Below, piece after piece: positions 46,861 to 57,109 of a stretch of DNA of 64,000 nt. Source of the stretch: Polyangiaceae bacterium (GTDB taxonomy: Bacteria > Desulfobacterota > Binatia > UTPRO1). A program made the position numbers and the translations under genes. The first letter of the stretch is position 1, and every line of letters begins with the position of its first letter. The stretch lies in NCBI GenBank assembly GCA_031400185.1, contig JANNPN010000182.1, forward strand, positions 5,895 to 69,894, read 5' to 3'. The notes beneath the pieces were generated by a model that made no database searches, was not told where the DNA came from, and saw only the letters and a program-made list of their open reading frames with translations.

Positions 46861-47570
46861 GCGAGCAGCGCCTCGAGATCGAGGAGCGACGCGAGCCGCC
46901 AGATGCCCGTGGGCTCCGCCGGCATGGTGACCTCGGGGCGTGCGAGCCAGGCGGTGCGCATCCCGATCGCGTGCGCCGGAACGACGTCGCGCTCCCATGA
47001 GTCGCCGACGTGGAGGATGACGTCGGCGGGAAGGGCGAGCCGAGCCGCTGCGAGCTCGTAGATCGCGGGATCGGGTTTGGTGATTCCGACCAGCGCCGAG
47101 TCGACGACCACTGCGAACGGCGCGAGCTTCGCTTCGGCGAGAAGCGCCGGCATGTTGCCGTACGAGTTGGAGACGACGCCGAGACGGAACTCCCGACTCA
47201 GCCGTTGCAGCAGCAGCCGATTGCGATCCCACGCATCCCGCGTCTTGGCGACGAACGCGTCCGTGAGGCTGTTCGCGAGCCTGCGGTCGTCGCACGCGAG
47301 CCGCTGGAGCTGCAGCGCCACGTGCGTACGTACCATGCGGTCGAGACCGTACGTCCGGATCTCGGGCTCGCGGGCGAGTGCGGCGTCGGCGGAGTAAAAC
47401 GCGTCCTTCAGCGCTGGATACGCCACGTCGGCACCGGCCTCCGCGTACAGGCGGACGAAGTGATCGAACCAGTGCTGGGCGTCGCCGTCGAGCGTGCCCC
47501 CGTAGTCGAGCAGTACCGCCGCGAGGCCGTCGCGCCTCCCGACTTCGCGAGACGTCGCCGCCGCGGTCAC
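46857..47570 (-). CDS. HAD-superfamily hydrolase (phosphatase)
   Basis: Motif I LLDYGGTL, motif II VVSNS and motif IV GDSWERD. It is the first gene of the minus-strand operon. Confidence 0.8.
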   Translation of the reverse strand: MTAAATSREVGRRDGLAAVLLDYGGTLDGDAQHWFDHFVRLYAEAGADVAYPALKDAFYSADAALAREPEIRTYGLDRMVRTHVALQLQRLACDDRRLANSLTDAFVAKTRDAWDRNRLLLQRLSREFRLGVVSNSYGNMPALLAEAKLAPFAVVVDSALVGITKPDPAIYELAAARLALPADVILHVGDSWERDVVPAHAIGMRTAWLARPEVTMPAEPTGIWRLASLLDLEALLA

Positions 47571-47589
47571 GCGGCAGAGCTACCAGGCG

Positions 47590-48900
47590 ATGCGTGGCCC
47601 TTCAATTGACGCGCGTAGGCTCGAGCGCTACGTGACCGCGGACGTGAGGGCGGTGGAGATTCCGGCGGTCGCAGTCGCCGAACGGGCGACGGGCGCGTCG
47701 GAAGCACGCGCGGTGGTCTTCGTGCCGAGCCCGCGTGTCTGGCATCGTCAGGGAACGCCGGGCGGGCTGTCGTTGCTCGAGCGCCAGCTGAAACAGCTCC
47801 GCACGCTCGGCGCGAGTCCGGCGTTGCTCCTGGTGCCTGCGGATCAGCCCGAGCCCATTCTGTCAAACGGCCTCGGTCCGGTCGCGATTGCCCGCGTGCC
47901 GCGCGCCACGAGCGATCTGGGGGCGGCGCTCGCGGCAGCACCGGCGTTGCCACACGCGAGCCTCGCGCTCAGCGCCGATCGCCTGGTCGACCTCCGTGTG
48001 CTGCGGGCGCTCGCCGACGCCGGCGACACGACGTTCGCGACGGTCGACGGCGTCCGTCCCGAGCCCGTCGGCTGGGTGCAGGCGGCCGACGTCGCCCGTC
48101 ATGGCGCCGCCGTCACTGCACGTGCGCGACGCCTGCCGCTCGCGTCGCTCGACCCGTACAGCGCCGAGCTCCGCGGTACGGCGATGCCGTACGTGATCGC
48201 GAGCGGGACGACGGCGGAGCGTCGCCGCGCCTGGGACGTGCTGATCGACCATGTGCAGAAACGGTCGCTCGACCTTCCGGGGCAGTACTTCGACACTCCG
48301 TTCGAGAATTTCCTCGTCCGCCGTCTCGCGCCGACCGACGTGACGCCGAACCAGATCACGCTGCTCACGCTGGTCGTGGCGTGCGTGGTCGCCGGTTTTT
48401 TTCTGCACGGCTGGCTCCGGGTCGGGATCCTGCTGGCGCTCGTCGTCGGGGTCCTCGATGGGGTCGACGGCAAGCTCGCGCGTCTGAAGCTCGCCACCTC
48501 GAAGCTCGGCGAGCTCGAGCACGTCGGCGACTTCTTCTACGAGAGCTCCTGGTACCTGACGTTGGCCTCGTATCTCGCGAGCGCAACCGCGCGCGTCGGG
48601 CTCTGGTACGCGGGGCTCGTGCTCGTCGCCTGCGACCTGGCGGACAGCCTGCTCTATTTCGCCGCGCAGCGCCGCACCGGGAAGATGCTCGACGAGCTCA
48701 CGCCGTTCGACCGGCGATTCCGCGCGATCGCGGGGCGCCGGAACATCTACGTCGTGATCTTCGTCGTCGGGTTTTTCACCGGGCACGCGACGACGGCGTT
48801 TCTCTGCGTGGTTGCGTGGGCGATCTGTACGGTCGCCGTGCACGCGTCACGGGTCGCGTGGCTGCTCGCCACCGAACCGCGCCCGCTTCGGGCCGAATGA
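47590..48900 (+). CDS. fusion protein: N-terminal nucleotidyltransferase-like domain + CDP-alcohol phosphatidyltransferase (paralog of 41828..42955)
   Basis: DGVDGKLARLK...G...D...D in a C-terminal TM domain. The N-terminal GGLSLLERQLKQL...PALLLVP is nucleotidyltransferase-like. Divergent from the HAD operon. The start is uncertain; a GTG near 47632 is possible. Confidence 0.75.
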   Translation: MRGPSIDARRLERYVTADVRAVEIPAVAVAERATGASEARAVVFVPSPRVWHRQGTPGGLSLLERQLKQLRTLGASPALLLVPADQPEPILSNGLGPVAIARVPRATSDLGAALAAAPALPHASLALSADRLVDLRVLRALADAGDTTFATVDGVRPEPVGWVQAADVARHGAAVTARARRLPLASLDPYSAELRGTAMPYVIASGTTAERRRAWDVLIDHVQKRSLDLPGQYFDTPFENFLVRRLAPTDVTPNQITLLTLVVACVVAGFFLHGWLRVGILLALVVGVLDGVDGKLARLKLATSKLGELEHVGDFFYESSWYLTLASYLASATARVGLWYAGLVLVACDLADSLLYFAAQRRTGKMLDELTPFDRRFRAIAGRRNIYVVIFVVGFFTGHATTAFLCVVAWAICTVAVHASRVAWLLATEPRPLRAE

Positions 48901-49869
48901 CAGCGCGGCGAACGCCGCAAGGCCGATCGCCGCGCCGGCGAGCTGGTTCAGGCGCAGGATGACGGCGACCGCGAGTCCGGTCGCGGCGTCGAAACCGAAC
49001 GTCGTGAACACGAGGACGCGGCCGGCCTCCTGCACGCCGATCCGTCCCGGCACGAGGAACGCCGCCGAATCGAGCACGAGCGCAAACGCCTCGATCGCGA
49101 GGCACGTCGCGAACGGCGTCGGCATGCCGAGTGCCCACAAGATGAATGCGAGCTGGACGAGGCTCACGAGCTGGCCGCCGGCGTGCCACGCCACCGAGCC
49201 GACGAACGCCCGCGGACGCTCGCGATAGAACGCCGACAGGTGCGCGTCGAGGGCGGCACTCCCGGCGTGAAGACGGTCGGCGAGGGCGCGCGCGACGCCG
49301 AGGCGGCGAACGGCGTTGGCTGCGAGCCCGAAGATGCCGCGCTGCTGCAGCTGCACGAACCCGAAGACGCCGCCGACCGTCGCTGCGAACGCCACGACGA
49401 TCGCAATCGCGAGATCGGGCGTGTCCCGCGTCCGTCCGAGCACCGCGGAGAGCCCGAGCAGCACGAGGGTTGCTTGGCCGAGGGCGTAGCTCATGCGGGC
49501 GGCGACGAGCGAGGCGGCGGTGACGGCGGTCGGGAGGCGCGGGCGTAGCAGCATGGTCTTCACGACCTCGCCCCCGACAGTCGCGGTCGGTGTCAGCTGG
49601 TTGATCGCGACGCCCGCCTGGCGGACCCAGAACAGCAGCGTGAACGGGACCGCGGCGTCGGGCGGCAAGGTCCGGCGCCACGCGATCGTGTTGCAGAAGT
49701 CGATCACGAGCTCGAGCACGATGACCCCGACGATCGCCCAGCCGAAGCCGTGGAGATCGTCCAGTAGGCGGCGCGCGCCGACGTGATGCACGAGGAGACC
49801 GAGCAGCACGAGGCCCGCGACGAGCAATGCCGCCTGGACGGTGCGCGCGGTGCGCAACGCTCCGGTCAC
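48776..49869 (-). CDS. lysylphosphatidylglycerol-synthase-like TM-region / flippase-like domain protein (UPF0104)
   Basis: Eight or more TM helices. The pattern resembles the PF03706 family (...GVQEAG...). The GTG start at 49869 overlaps the purN stop (GTGA). The Arg-rich N-terminal extension was excluded. Confidence 0.65.
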
Positions 49870-50531
49870 GCCGTCGGCGGCTCGGGATTTGCGAGTGCCG
49901 CGTCGCGCGCGGATGTGGCACCGGCGATCTCGACGCGCCGCCCGTCGATGCGCACGCGGCCTTCGGCGATCAGCTGGATCGCGTACGGAAAGAGGCGGTG
50001 CTCCTGGCACTGGACGCGGGCGTGCAGCGTTTGCTCGGTGTCGTCCGGGAGGATCGGGACGGCGGCCTGTGCGAGGATCGGGCCGTGATCGGTCTCCTCG
50101 TCGACGAAGTGCACCGTTACCCCGGTGATGCGTGCGCCATGCGCCAGCGCTTGCCGTTCGGCGTGCAGCCCGGGAAACGCCGGGAGCAGCGCGGGGTGGA
50201 CGTTCAGCACGCGCTGCGGAAAGGCCGCAAGCAGCACCGGCGTGACGAGGCGCATGAACCCCGCCAGGACCACGAGCTCCACCTGATGGGTACGCAGGAC
50301 CTCGACGAGTCGTGCGTCGTACGCTTCGCGCGACGGCGCATCGCGGTGGGGAAGTGAGATTGTGGTGAGGTCGTGGCGCCGTGCACGCTCGATCCCGAGC
50401 GCATCGGGGACGTTGCTCACGACGACCGCGATCCGGGCGTCGAGCCGGCGCGCGCCGATGGCATCGATCAGGGCTTGCAGATTGGTGCCGCTGCCCGAAA
50501 GCAGGACGCCGAGCGCGAGCGGCTCAGGCAT
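49866..50531 (-). CDS. purN: phosphoribosylglycinamide formyltransferase
   Basis: LGVLLSGSGTNLQALID...NVHPALLPAFPG... Confidence 0.9.
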   Translation of the reverse strand: MPEPLALGVLLSGSGTNLQALIDAIGARRLDARIAVVVSNVPDALGIERARRHDLTTISLPHRDAPSREAYDARLVEVLRTHQVELVVLAGFMRLVTPVLLAAFPQRVLNVHPALLPAFPGLHAERQALAHGARITGVTVHFVDEETDHGPILAQAAVPILPDDTEQTLHARVQCQEHRLFPYAIQLIAEGRVRIDGRRVEIAGATSARDAALANPEPPTA

Positions 50532-51582
50532 CGCCCTCGAACGCGAGCCCGCGCGTGCCCCGCACGATCGTTCCGATGCGATACGCGCCGGCGCGGCGAG
50601 TCCGCAGGAAGGCGAGCGCGCGGTCGGCGTGCGCGGCCGCCACGACGAGGACGTACCCGATTCCATTGTTGAAGGTGCGATCCATCTCGTCGCGAGACAC
50701 GCGCCCGTGGCGGGCGATCAGGCCGAAGATCGGCGGCACGCGCCACGCGCCGCGCCGTACCACCGCGCGACAGCGCGCGGGCAGCACGCGGGGCAAGTTC
50801 CCGGGCAGGCCGCCGCCGGTGATGTGAGCCATGGCGTGGACCGCGCCCGCGGGAAGGCGACGGAGGAGCTCGCGCACGAGCGGGACGTAGATGCGGGTCG
50901 GGCGGAGCAGCTCGTTGCCGAGGGCGGTACGCAGCCCGGGCGCTGGACGATCGAGCGGCAACTTGGCGCGCTCGAGCAGCACGCGCCGCGCGAGCGCGAA
51001 CCCGTTGCTGTGGAGGCCGCTCGACGCGAGGCCGATCAGCACGTCGCCGGGGCGCACCGCGCGCCCGTCGATGAGCCGCCTTCGCTCGACGACGCCGACG
51101 GCGAATCCGGCGAGGTCGTACTCGCCGTCCGGATAGAACGACGGCATCTCTGCGGTCTCGCCGCCAACGAGGCTGCAGCCTGCGAGCTTGCAGCCACGTG
51201 CGATGCCGCGGACCAAGTCCGTCCCGCGGCGGACGTCGAGGCGCCCCGTTGCGAAGTAGTCGAGGAAGAGGAACGGCTCGGCCCCGATCGTCAGCAGGTC
51301 GTTCACGCTCATGGCGACGAGGTCGATGCCGACGGTGTCGTGGCGGTCCAGCGCGAAGGCGATGCGGAGCTTCGTGCCGACGCCGTCGGTCGACGTGACC
51401 AGCAACGGTTCGCGGTATCCGCGCGGCAGCCGCGCGAGCGCGGCGAATCCGCCGACCCCGGCGACGATCTCCGGCCGGCGCGTCGAGCGCGCGAGCTTGC
51501 CGATGTGCTTCACGAGACGATCGCCGGCGTCGATGTCGACGCCGGCGGCGGCATAGGTCAACGCGCGAGCGACGTTCGGCAT
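50524..51582 (-). CDS. purM: phosphoribosylformylglycinamidine cyclo-ligase (AIR synthetase)
   Basis: LTYAAAGVDIDAGDRLV...DGVGTK...GGETAEMP. ATG at 51582. The upstream Arg-rich extension was excluded. Confidence 0.9.
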   Translation of the reverse strand: MPNVARALTYAAAGVDIDAGDRLVKHIGKLARSTRRPEIVAGVGGFAALARLPRGYREPLLVTSTDGVGTKLRIAFALDRHDTVGIDLVAMSVNDLLTIGAEPFLFLDYFATGRLDVRRGTDLVRGIARGCKLAGCSLVGGETAEMPSFYPDGEYDLAGFAVGVVERRRLIDGRAVRPGDVLIGLASSGLHSNGFALARRVLLERAKLPLDRPAPGLRTALGNELLRPTRIYVPLVRELLRRLPAGAVHAMAHITGGGLPGNLPRVLPARCRAVVRRGAWRVPPIFGLIARHGRVSRDEMDRTFNNGIGYVLVVAAAHADRALAFLRTRRAGAYRIGTIVRGTRGLAFEGDA

Positions 51583-51614
51583 GGCGCGGATAGCATCGGA
51601 AAGATCCCGACGTG

Positions 51615-52220
51615 TCAATGCGCCGTGCAGGTCGGTCGCGCCGCGAGAACGCCCGACCGGATCGCCGTCTTGCCGTGATACGTGCTGCGGATGTCGGCGC
51701 GCAGGAGCACGCGCCACCCGGCACACAGGGCGTCGAGCTCGCCGGGCGCCAGCAGAAACTCCGGTCGGCGCGCGAGCGCCGCGTGTGGGTCGTTGTCGCG
51801 GCGCTGCGTCTCGTAGAGCAGCGCACCGCCGGGTGCCACCGCCGCGCGGAGCGCGGGGAAGAGCGCACGCTCGAGGAAGTCGACGACGACGACGACGAGC
51901 CCGTAGCGCCCGACCGGCAATGGCCATGACGTCACATCGGCAGCGACGCAGTGAACCGGGAGGTGGCGCGCGGACGCCTCTCGTCGAAGTGTCGAGAGGG
52001 CCGGGCGGGCGAAGTCGACGGCGTCGACGGCGAAACCATGGGCGGCGAGCAGCAGCGCATGCCGGCCGCGGCCGCACGCGAGGTCGAGCGCACGGCGGGG
52101 CGCGGCCCAGGGTAGCCCGGCGAGGGCATCCAGCGCGCGCATCACGAACGGCGAGGGCGCGTTGATCGTGTCATCCGCCGCGTGCCGCCGCTCCCACGTA
52201 TGCCGACGATCGTCCGTCAC
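51615..52220 (-). CDS. class I SAM-dependent methyltransferase
   Basis: Motif I is ALDLACGRGRHAL. 201 aa. Confidence 0.8.
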   Translation of the reverse strand: MTDDRRHTWERRHAADDTINAPSPFVMRALDALAGLPWAAPRRALDLACGRGRHALLLAAHGFAVDAVDFARPALSTLRREASARHLPVHCVAADVTSWPLPVGRYGLVVVVVDFLERALFPALRAAVAPGGALLYETQRRDNDPHAALARRPEFLLAPGELDALCAGWRVLLRADIRSTYHGKTAIRSGVLAARPTCTAH

Positions 52221-52298
52221 TGGCGGGAGCCATAGCGCGCACTGGGCTGGGCTGCGACCGACGCCCTGCGGGCCGGGCTCACAGCACGCGGGCGATGG

Positions 52299-53000
52299 TC
52301 ACGACGTCGACGGCCGCGGTCCCAGCGTCGGACAGCGCGCGCGCGCGACCTCGCGTACTGTCGCGCCGGAAGTCCACACGTCGTCGACCACGAGCGCCGT
52401 GCGTCCGGCGACCGTCGCCCGGTCCACCACGGCGAATGCCGCCTCCACGTTGCGGGCGCGTTCGGCGGAGCCGAGCCCGACTTGTGATGGCGTATCGCGA
52501 CGTCGCACCACGGCCGTCAGCAGGGCACGGCTGCCGAGCGCGCGTGCCAGATGGCGCGCGACGAGCGCGCTCTGGTTGAAGCCGCGCGCGCGGAGTCGCC
52601 GCGGGTGGAGCGGTACGGGTACGACGACGTCGACACGAGGGTCCGGAACGCGCGGAACGAGCGCGGCGGCGAAGCGCCGTCCCAATCGGCGGGCGCCGCC
52701 GTACTTGAGCCGTGCGATGGCGACCGCGACCGGGTCCGCGCCCGTGTCGCGATCGTAGGCAGCGAATGCGCGCGCCATCCGGATCGGCGCGGCGGCCGCC
52801 CCGCACGCCGCGCAACGCTCCAGCCGCGGTGTGGGCATTCCGCACGCCACGCACTCAGGTGGTCCCAGCCGGTGGGCCGACGCATCGCATGGTCGACAGA
52901 ACAACGCCTTCGGGTCGATCGAGGATTCACATGCAGCGCAGCGCTCGGGGCACACGAGGTCGGCGGCGAGACCGACGATCGGCAGGTCATCGATGGCCAT
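52299..53000 (-). CDS. ComF family protein (phosphoribosyltransferase domain, ComFC-like)
   Basis: An N-terminal 4-Cys zinc ribbon (CPERCAACE...CRPCD...CVACG...CAACG) is followed by a PRTase motif (ALVVDDVWTSGAT). GGAGG RBS. Confidence 0.8.
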   Translation of the reverse strand: MAIDDLPIVGLAADLVCPERCAACESSIDPKALFCRPCDASAHRLGPPECVACGMPTPRLERCAACGAAAAPIRMARAFAAYDRDTGADPVAVAIARLKYGGARRLGRRFAAALVPRVPDPRVDVVVPVPLHPRRLRARGFNQSALVARHLARALGSRALLTAVVRRRDTPSQVGLGSAERARNVEAAFAVVDRATVAGRTALVVDDVWTSGATVREVARARCPTLGPRPSTS

Positions 53001-53227
53001 GCGACCTCCGTCGCAGGGGGGCTGGGGGGTTGCACGGGAAGGTATCGAGGCGCCAGTGTCATGCGCAAATGCGCGCTCGGGCGGATGGCTACGTGAACCT
53101 CCGCGATGGCATGGCGGCCGACATGACGAATCACCGGCCGCTGTCGAGATGCCGACTGGACACCGCGTGAACGGCGCCGCTACACTCATGAAAGCGTTCG
53201 CTTTCGGAGGGGCCGAAAGGGCACGTC

Positions 53228-53392
53228 ATGCGACGATTTGTGGCAGGCCTCCTGCTCGGGTTGGCTTCTATGTATTGGTATGCGTATCAGAAGGAAGCGT
53301 TCGTCCAGGCGGCGAACGATTGGTTCGCGGAAGCGTCCTCCGATCCCAACGCCAAGGCAAAGATCGATAAGATGACGTCACGTAAACGCTGA
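53228..53392 (+). CDS. hypothetical small membrane protein (54 aa), not in the ORF track
   Basis: ATG with AAAGGG 10 nt upstream. One TM helix (FVAGLLLGLASMYWYAY) and a charged C-terminal tail. I found it by reading the frame directly. Confidence 0.35.
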   Translation: MRRFVAGLLLGLASMYWYAYQKEAFVQAANDWFAEASSDPNAKAKIDKMTSRKR

Positions 53393-53414
53393 GAGTTGAT
53401 AGTGCGAGACCGAC

Positions 53415-53864
53415 GTGGGTGAGCAGCCGCTCTCCGAAGCGCGACTCCGTGAGCAACTGCAGGGCGCGATGAAGGGGCGCGACATGCCGACGGTCTACGT
53501 CCTGCGCGGCGTCCTCGCTGCCGTCGCCAACGGCCGCATCGACGCCGGCGGGGGCGAGCTTCCCGCCGGCGAGATCATGGCCATCGTGCAGCGCGAGGCG
53601 AAAAAGCGGGAAGAGGCCGAAGAGTTTGCCCGCCGCGCCAACCGTGAGGATCTGGTCGCGCAGAACGCCGCCGAGCGTGCGATCCTTGCACGTTACCTTC
53701 CGACCATGCTCGACGACGAGGCGCTCACGACGGCCATCAAGGGCTGGATGGCCGAGGGCGTCACGGCGATGGGGTCACTCATGGCCCGTCTGAAGGAGCG
53801 ACACCCCGGCCAGTACGACGGTAAGCGTGCGAGTGAGATCGTACGCGGTCTCCTCGCCGGCTGA
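53415..53864 (+). CDS. GatB/YqeY domain-containing protein
   Basis: LREQLQGAMKGRDMPTVYVLRGVLAAV... is a typical YqeY family sequence. GTG start. Confidence 0.85.
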   Translation: MGEQPLSEARLREQLQGAMKGRDMPTVYVLRGVLAAVANGRIDAGGGELPAGEIMAIVQREAKKREEAEEFARRANREDLVAQNAAERAILARYLPTMLDDEALTTAIKGWMAEGVTAMGSLMARLKERHPGQYDGKRASEIVRGLLAG

Positions 53865-53961
53865 CGCGTCACCGCAGCGTCGTCTCCCGTCCCAAAACGG
53901 CGTCGCGCGTTTTGACTTGGCGGAAGGGATGCGGCTAGCATCGTCGCCCGCGGAGGAAGGC

Positions 53962-54453
53962 ATGGAGCTACCGGTCGTCACACGCCTCAAGAAGGAGCTT
54001 CACGAGCTCAAGCACGAGCTCACGGTGAAGGTCCCGAAGGAGCTGCACGAGGCTGCGGCGCATGGGGACCTCTCCGAGAACGCCGAGTACGACGCCGCCA
54101 AGGCCCGGCAGGAATTCCTGAAGGCGCGCATCGGGCAGATGCAGACGAGGATTCGGGAGCTTTCCATGTACACGCTGGCGTCGATCCCGCATGACGTGGT
54201 GGCGTATGGCAGTCGCGTCACCGTGATGGACGGCGAGGAAGGGACGAAGTCCGAGTACCGCATCGTGTTTCCCGAGGAGGTCGACGCAGCGAGCGGCGCG
54301 ATCTCGCTGAGCTCCCCGATCGGGAAGGCCCTTCTCAATAGGTCGGTCGGCGACGAGGTCGAGGTGCAGGCCCCCGGCGGCAAGCGTAGCTACCAGATCC
54401 TGGGGCTCGTGACCCTGCACGAGTCCGTTGGCGGCGCCTCCGGCGGGCAGTAG
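53962..54453 (+). CDS. greA: transcription elongation factor GreA
   Basis: GGAGGAAGG RBS. TRLKKELHELK...GDLSENAEYDAAKARQ...; C-terminal FKBP-like domain. Confidence 0.9.
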   Translation: MELPVVTRLKKELHELKHELTVKVPKELHEAAAHGDLSENAEYDAAKARQEFLKARIGQMQTRIRELSMYTLASIPHDVVAYGSRVTVMDGEEGTKSEYRIVFPEEVDAASGAISLSSPIGKALLNRSVGDEVEVQAPGGKRSYQILGLVTLHESVGGASGGQ

Positions 54454-54462
54454 TCGGACGAC

Positions 54463-56303
<1,841 letters not shown>

Positions 56304-56394
56304 CTGCGCCGGTGCGCGCTCATGGCGCACCGCGTCCCCGACTTGCGCCTCCGCACGACCCATGTTAGTTCCCGGCCTGCTTCACTGCTTCAAG

Positions 56395-56424
56395 AAGTGG
56401 GCCCGCGCCCACTTTTTTGTTTTG
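56395..56424 (+). terminator. rho-independent terminator downstream of the fadD-like gene
   Basis: AAGTGGGC-ccgc-GCCCACTT perfect 8-bp stem followed by TTTTGTTTTG. Confidence 0.8.
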
Positions 56425-56554
56425 GAAGGCGCACTTCAGCTCTCGCCCTGCCTTCCGCTCGCCGGGGTTCCTTGAACGCAGCCGATGCAGTGCCTCACCC
56501 CGGTCGCGGAGACTCGGACGGGAGAGCGAACGTGCGTCAAGAGATCTCGACACC

Positions 56555-57094
56555 ATGGACATCGATCCCAAGACCGCGGCGGTGTGGACCATCGCCGAAC
56601 CGATCGCCCTCGAGCTCGGGCTCGAGCTGGTGGACGTCGAGCTCCGTCGAGAGGGACGGGGAAACATCCTGCGGCTACTGGTCGATCGGGTGGGCGGGGG
56701 CGTGTCGCTGAACGACCTGACGGCCGTCAGCCGCCAGGTGTCCGACGTGCTGGATGTTCGCGAGGACGCCGTCCGCGGCGCGTACACCCTCGAGGTCTCG
56801 TCTCCCGGCATCAACCGTCCATTGACTCGGCCGAGCCACTTCCCGCCGTTCATTGGCAAGCGCGTCCACGTCCAGACGCGGAAGGACGTCGGCACGCGCC
56901 ACTCGTTTCGGGGCACTCTCACGGCGACGTCCCCCGACGGCATCACGATCACCGGCGACGATCAGGAGACGTACGACGTCGCCTTCGACGCGATCACACG
57001 GGCCAACTACCAGCACGAGTTCCCCGCGCTCGGGCAGCGTGGACCGGATCGCCGTGGTTCGCAGCGTCAAGCACACCGGGCAGGCTCGCGGTAG
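56555..57094 (+). CDS. rimP: ribosome maturation factor RimP
   Basis: WTIAEPIALELGLELVDVELRREGRGNILRLLVD...LEVSSPGINRPL. Immediately upstream of nusA. Confidence 0.85.
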   Translation: MDIDPKTAAVWTIAEPIALELGLELVDVELRREGRGNILRLLVDRVGGGVSLNDLTAVSRQVSDVLDVREDAVRGAYTLEVSSPGINRPLTRPSHFPPFIGKRVHVQTRKDVGTRHSFRGTLTATSPDGITITGDDQETYDVAFDAITRANYQHEFPALGQRGPDRRGSQRQAHRAGSR

Positions 57095-57109
57095 GCGGAA
57101 GGAGACGAC

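Noticed and set aside
54428-54462. N-terminal extension of the fadD-like ORF overlapping the greA 3' end
   Set aside because: The extension (MAAPPAGSSRTTVSGQGSQG) is not conserved in acyl-CoA ligases, which normally begin near ...YRNLAEMF. A later GTG or ATG start is more plausible.
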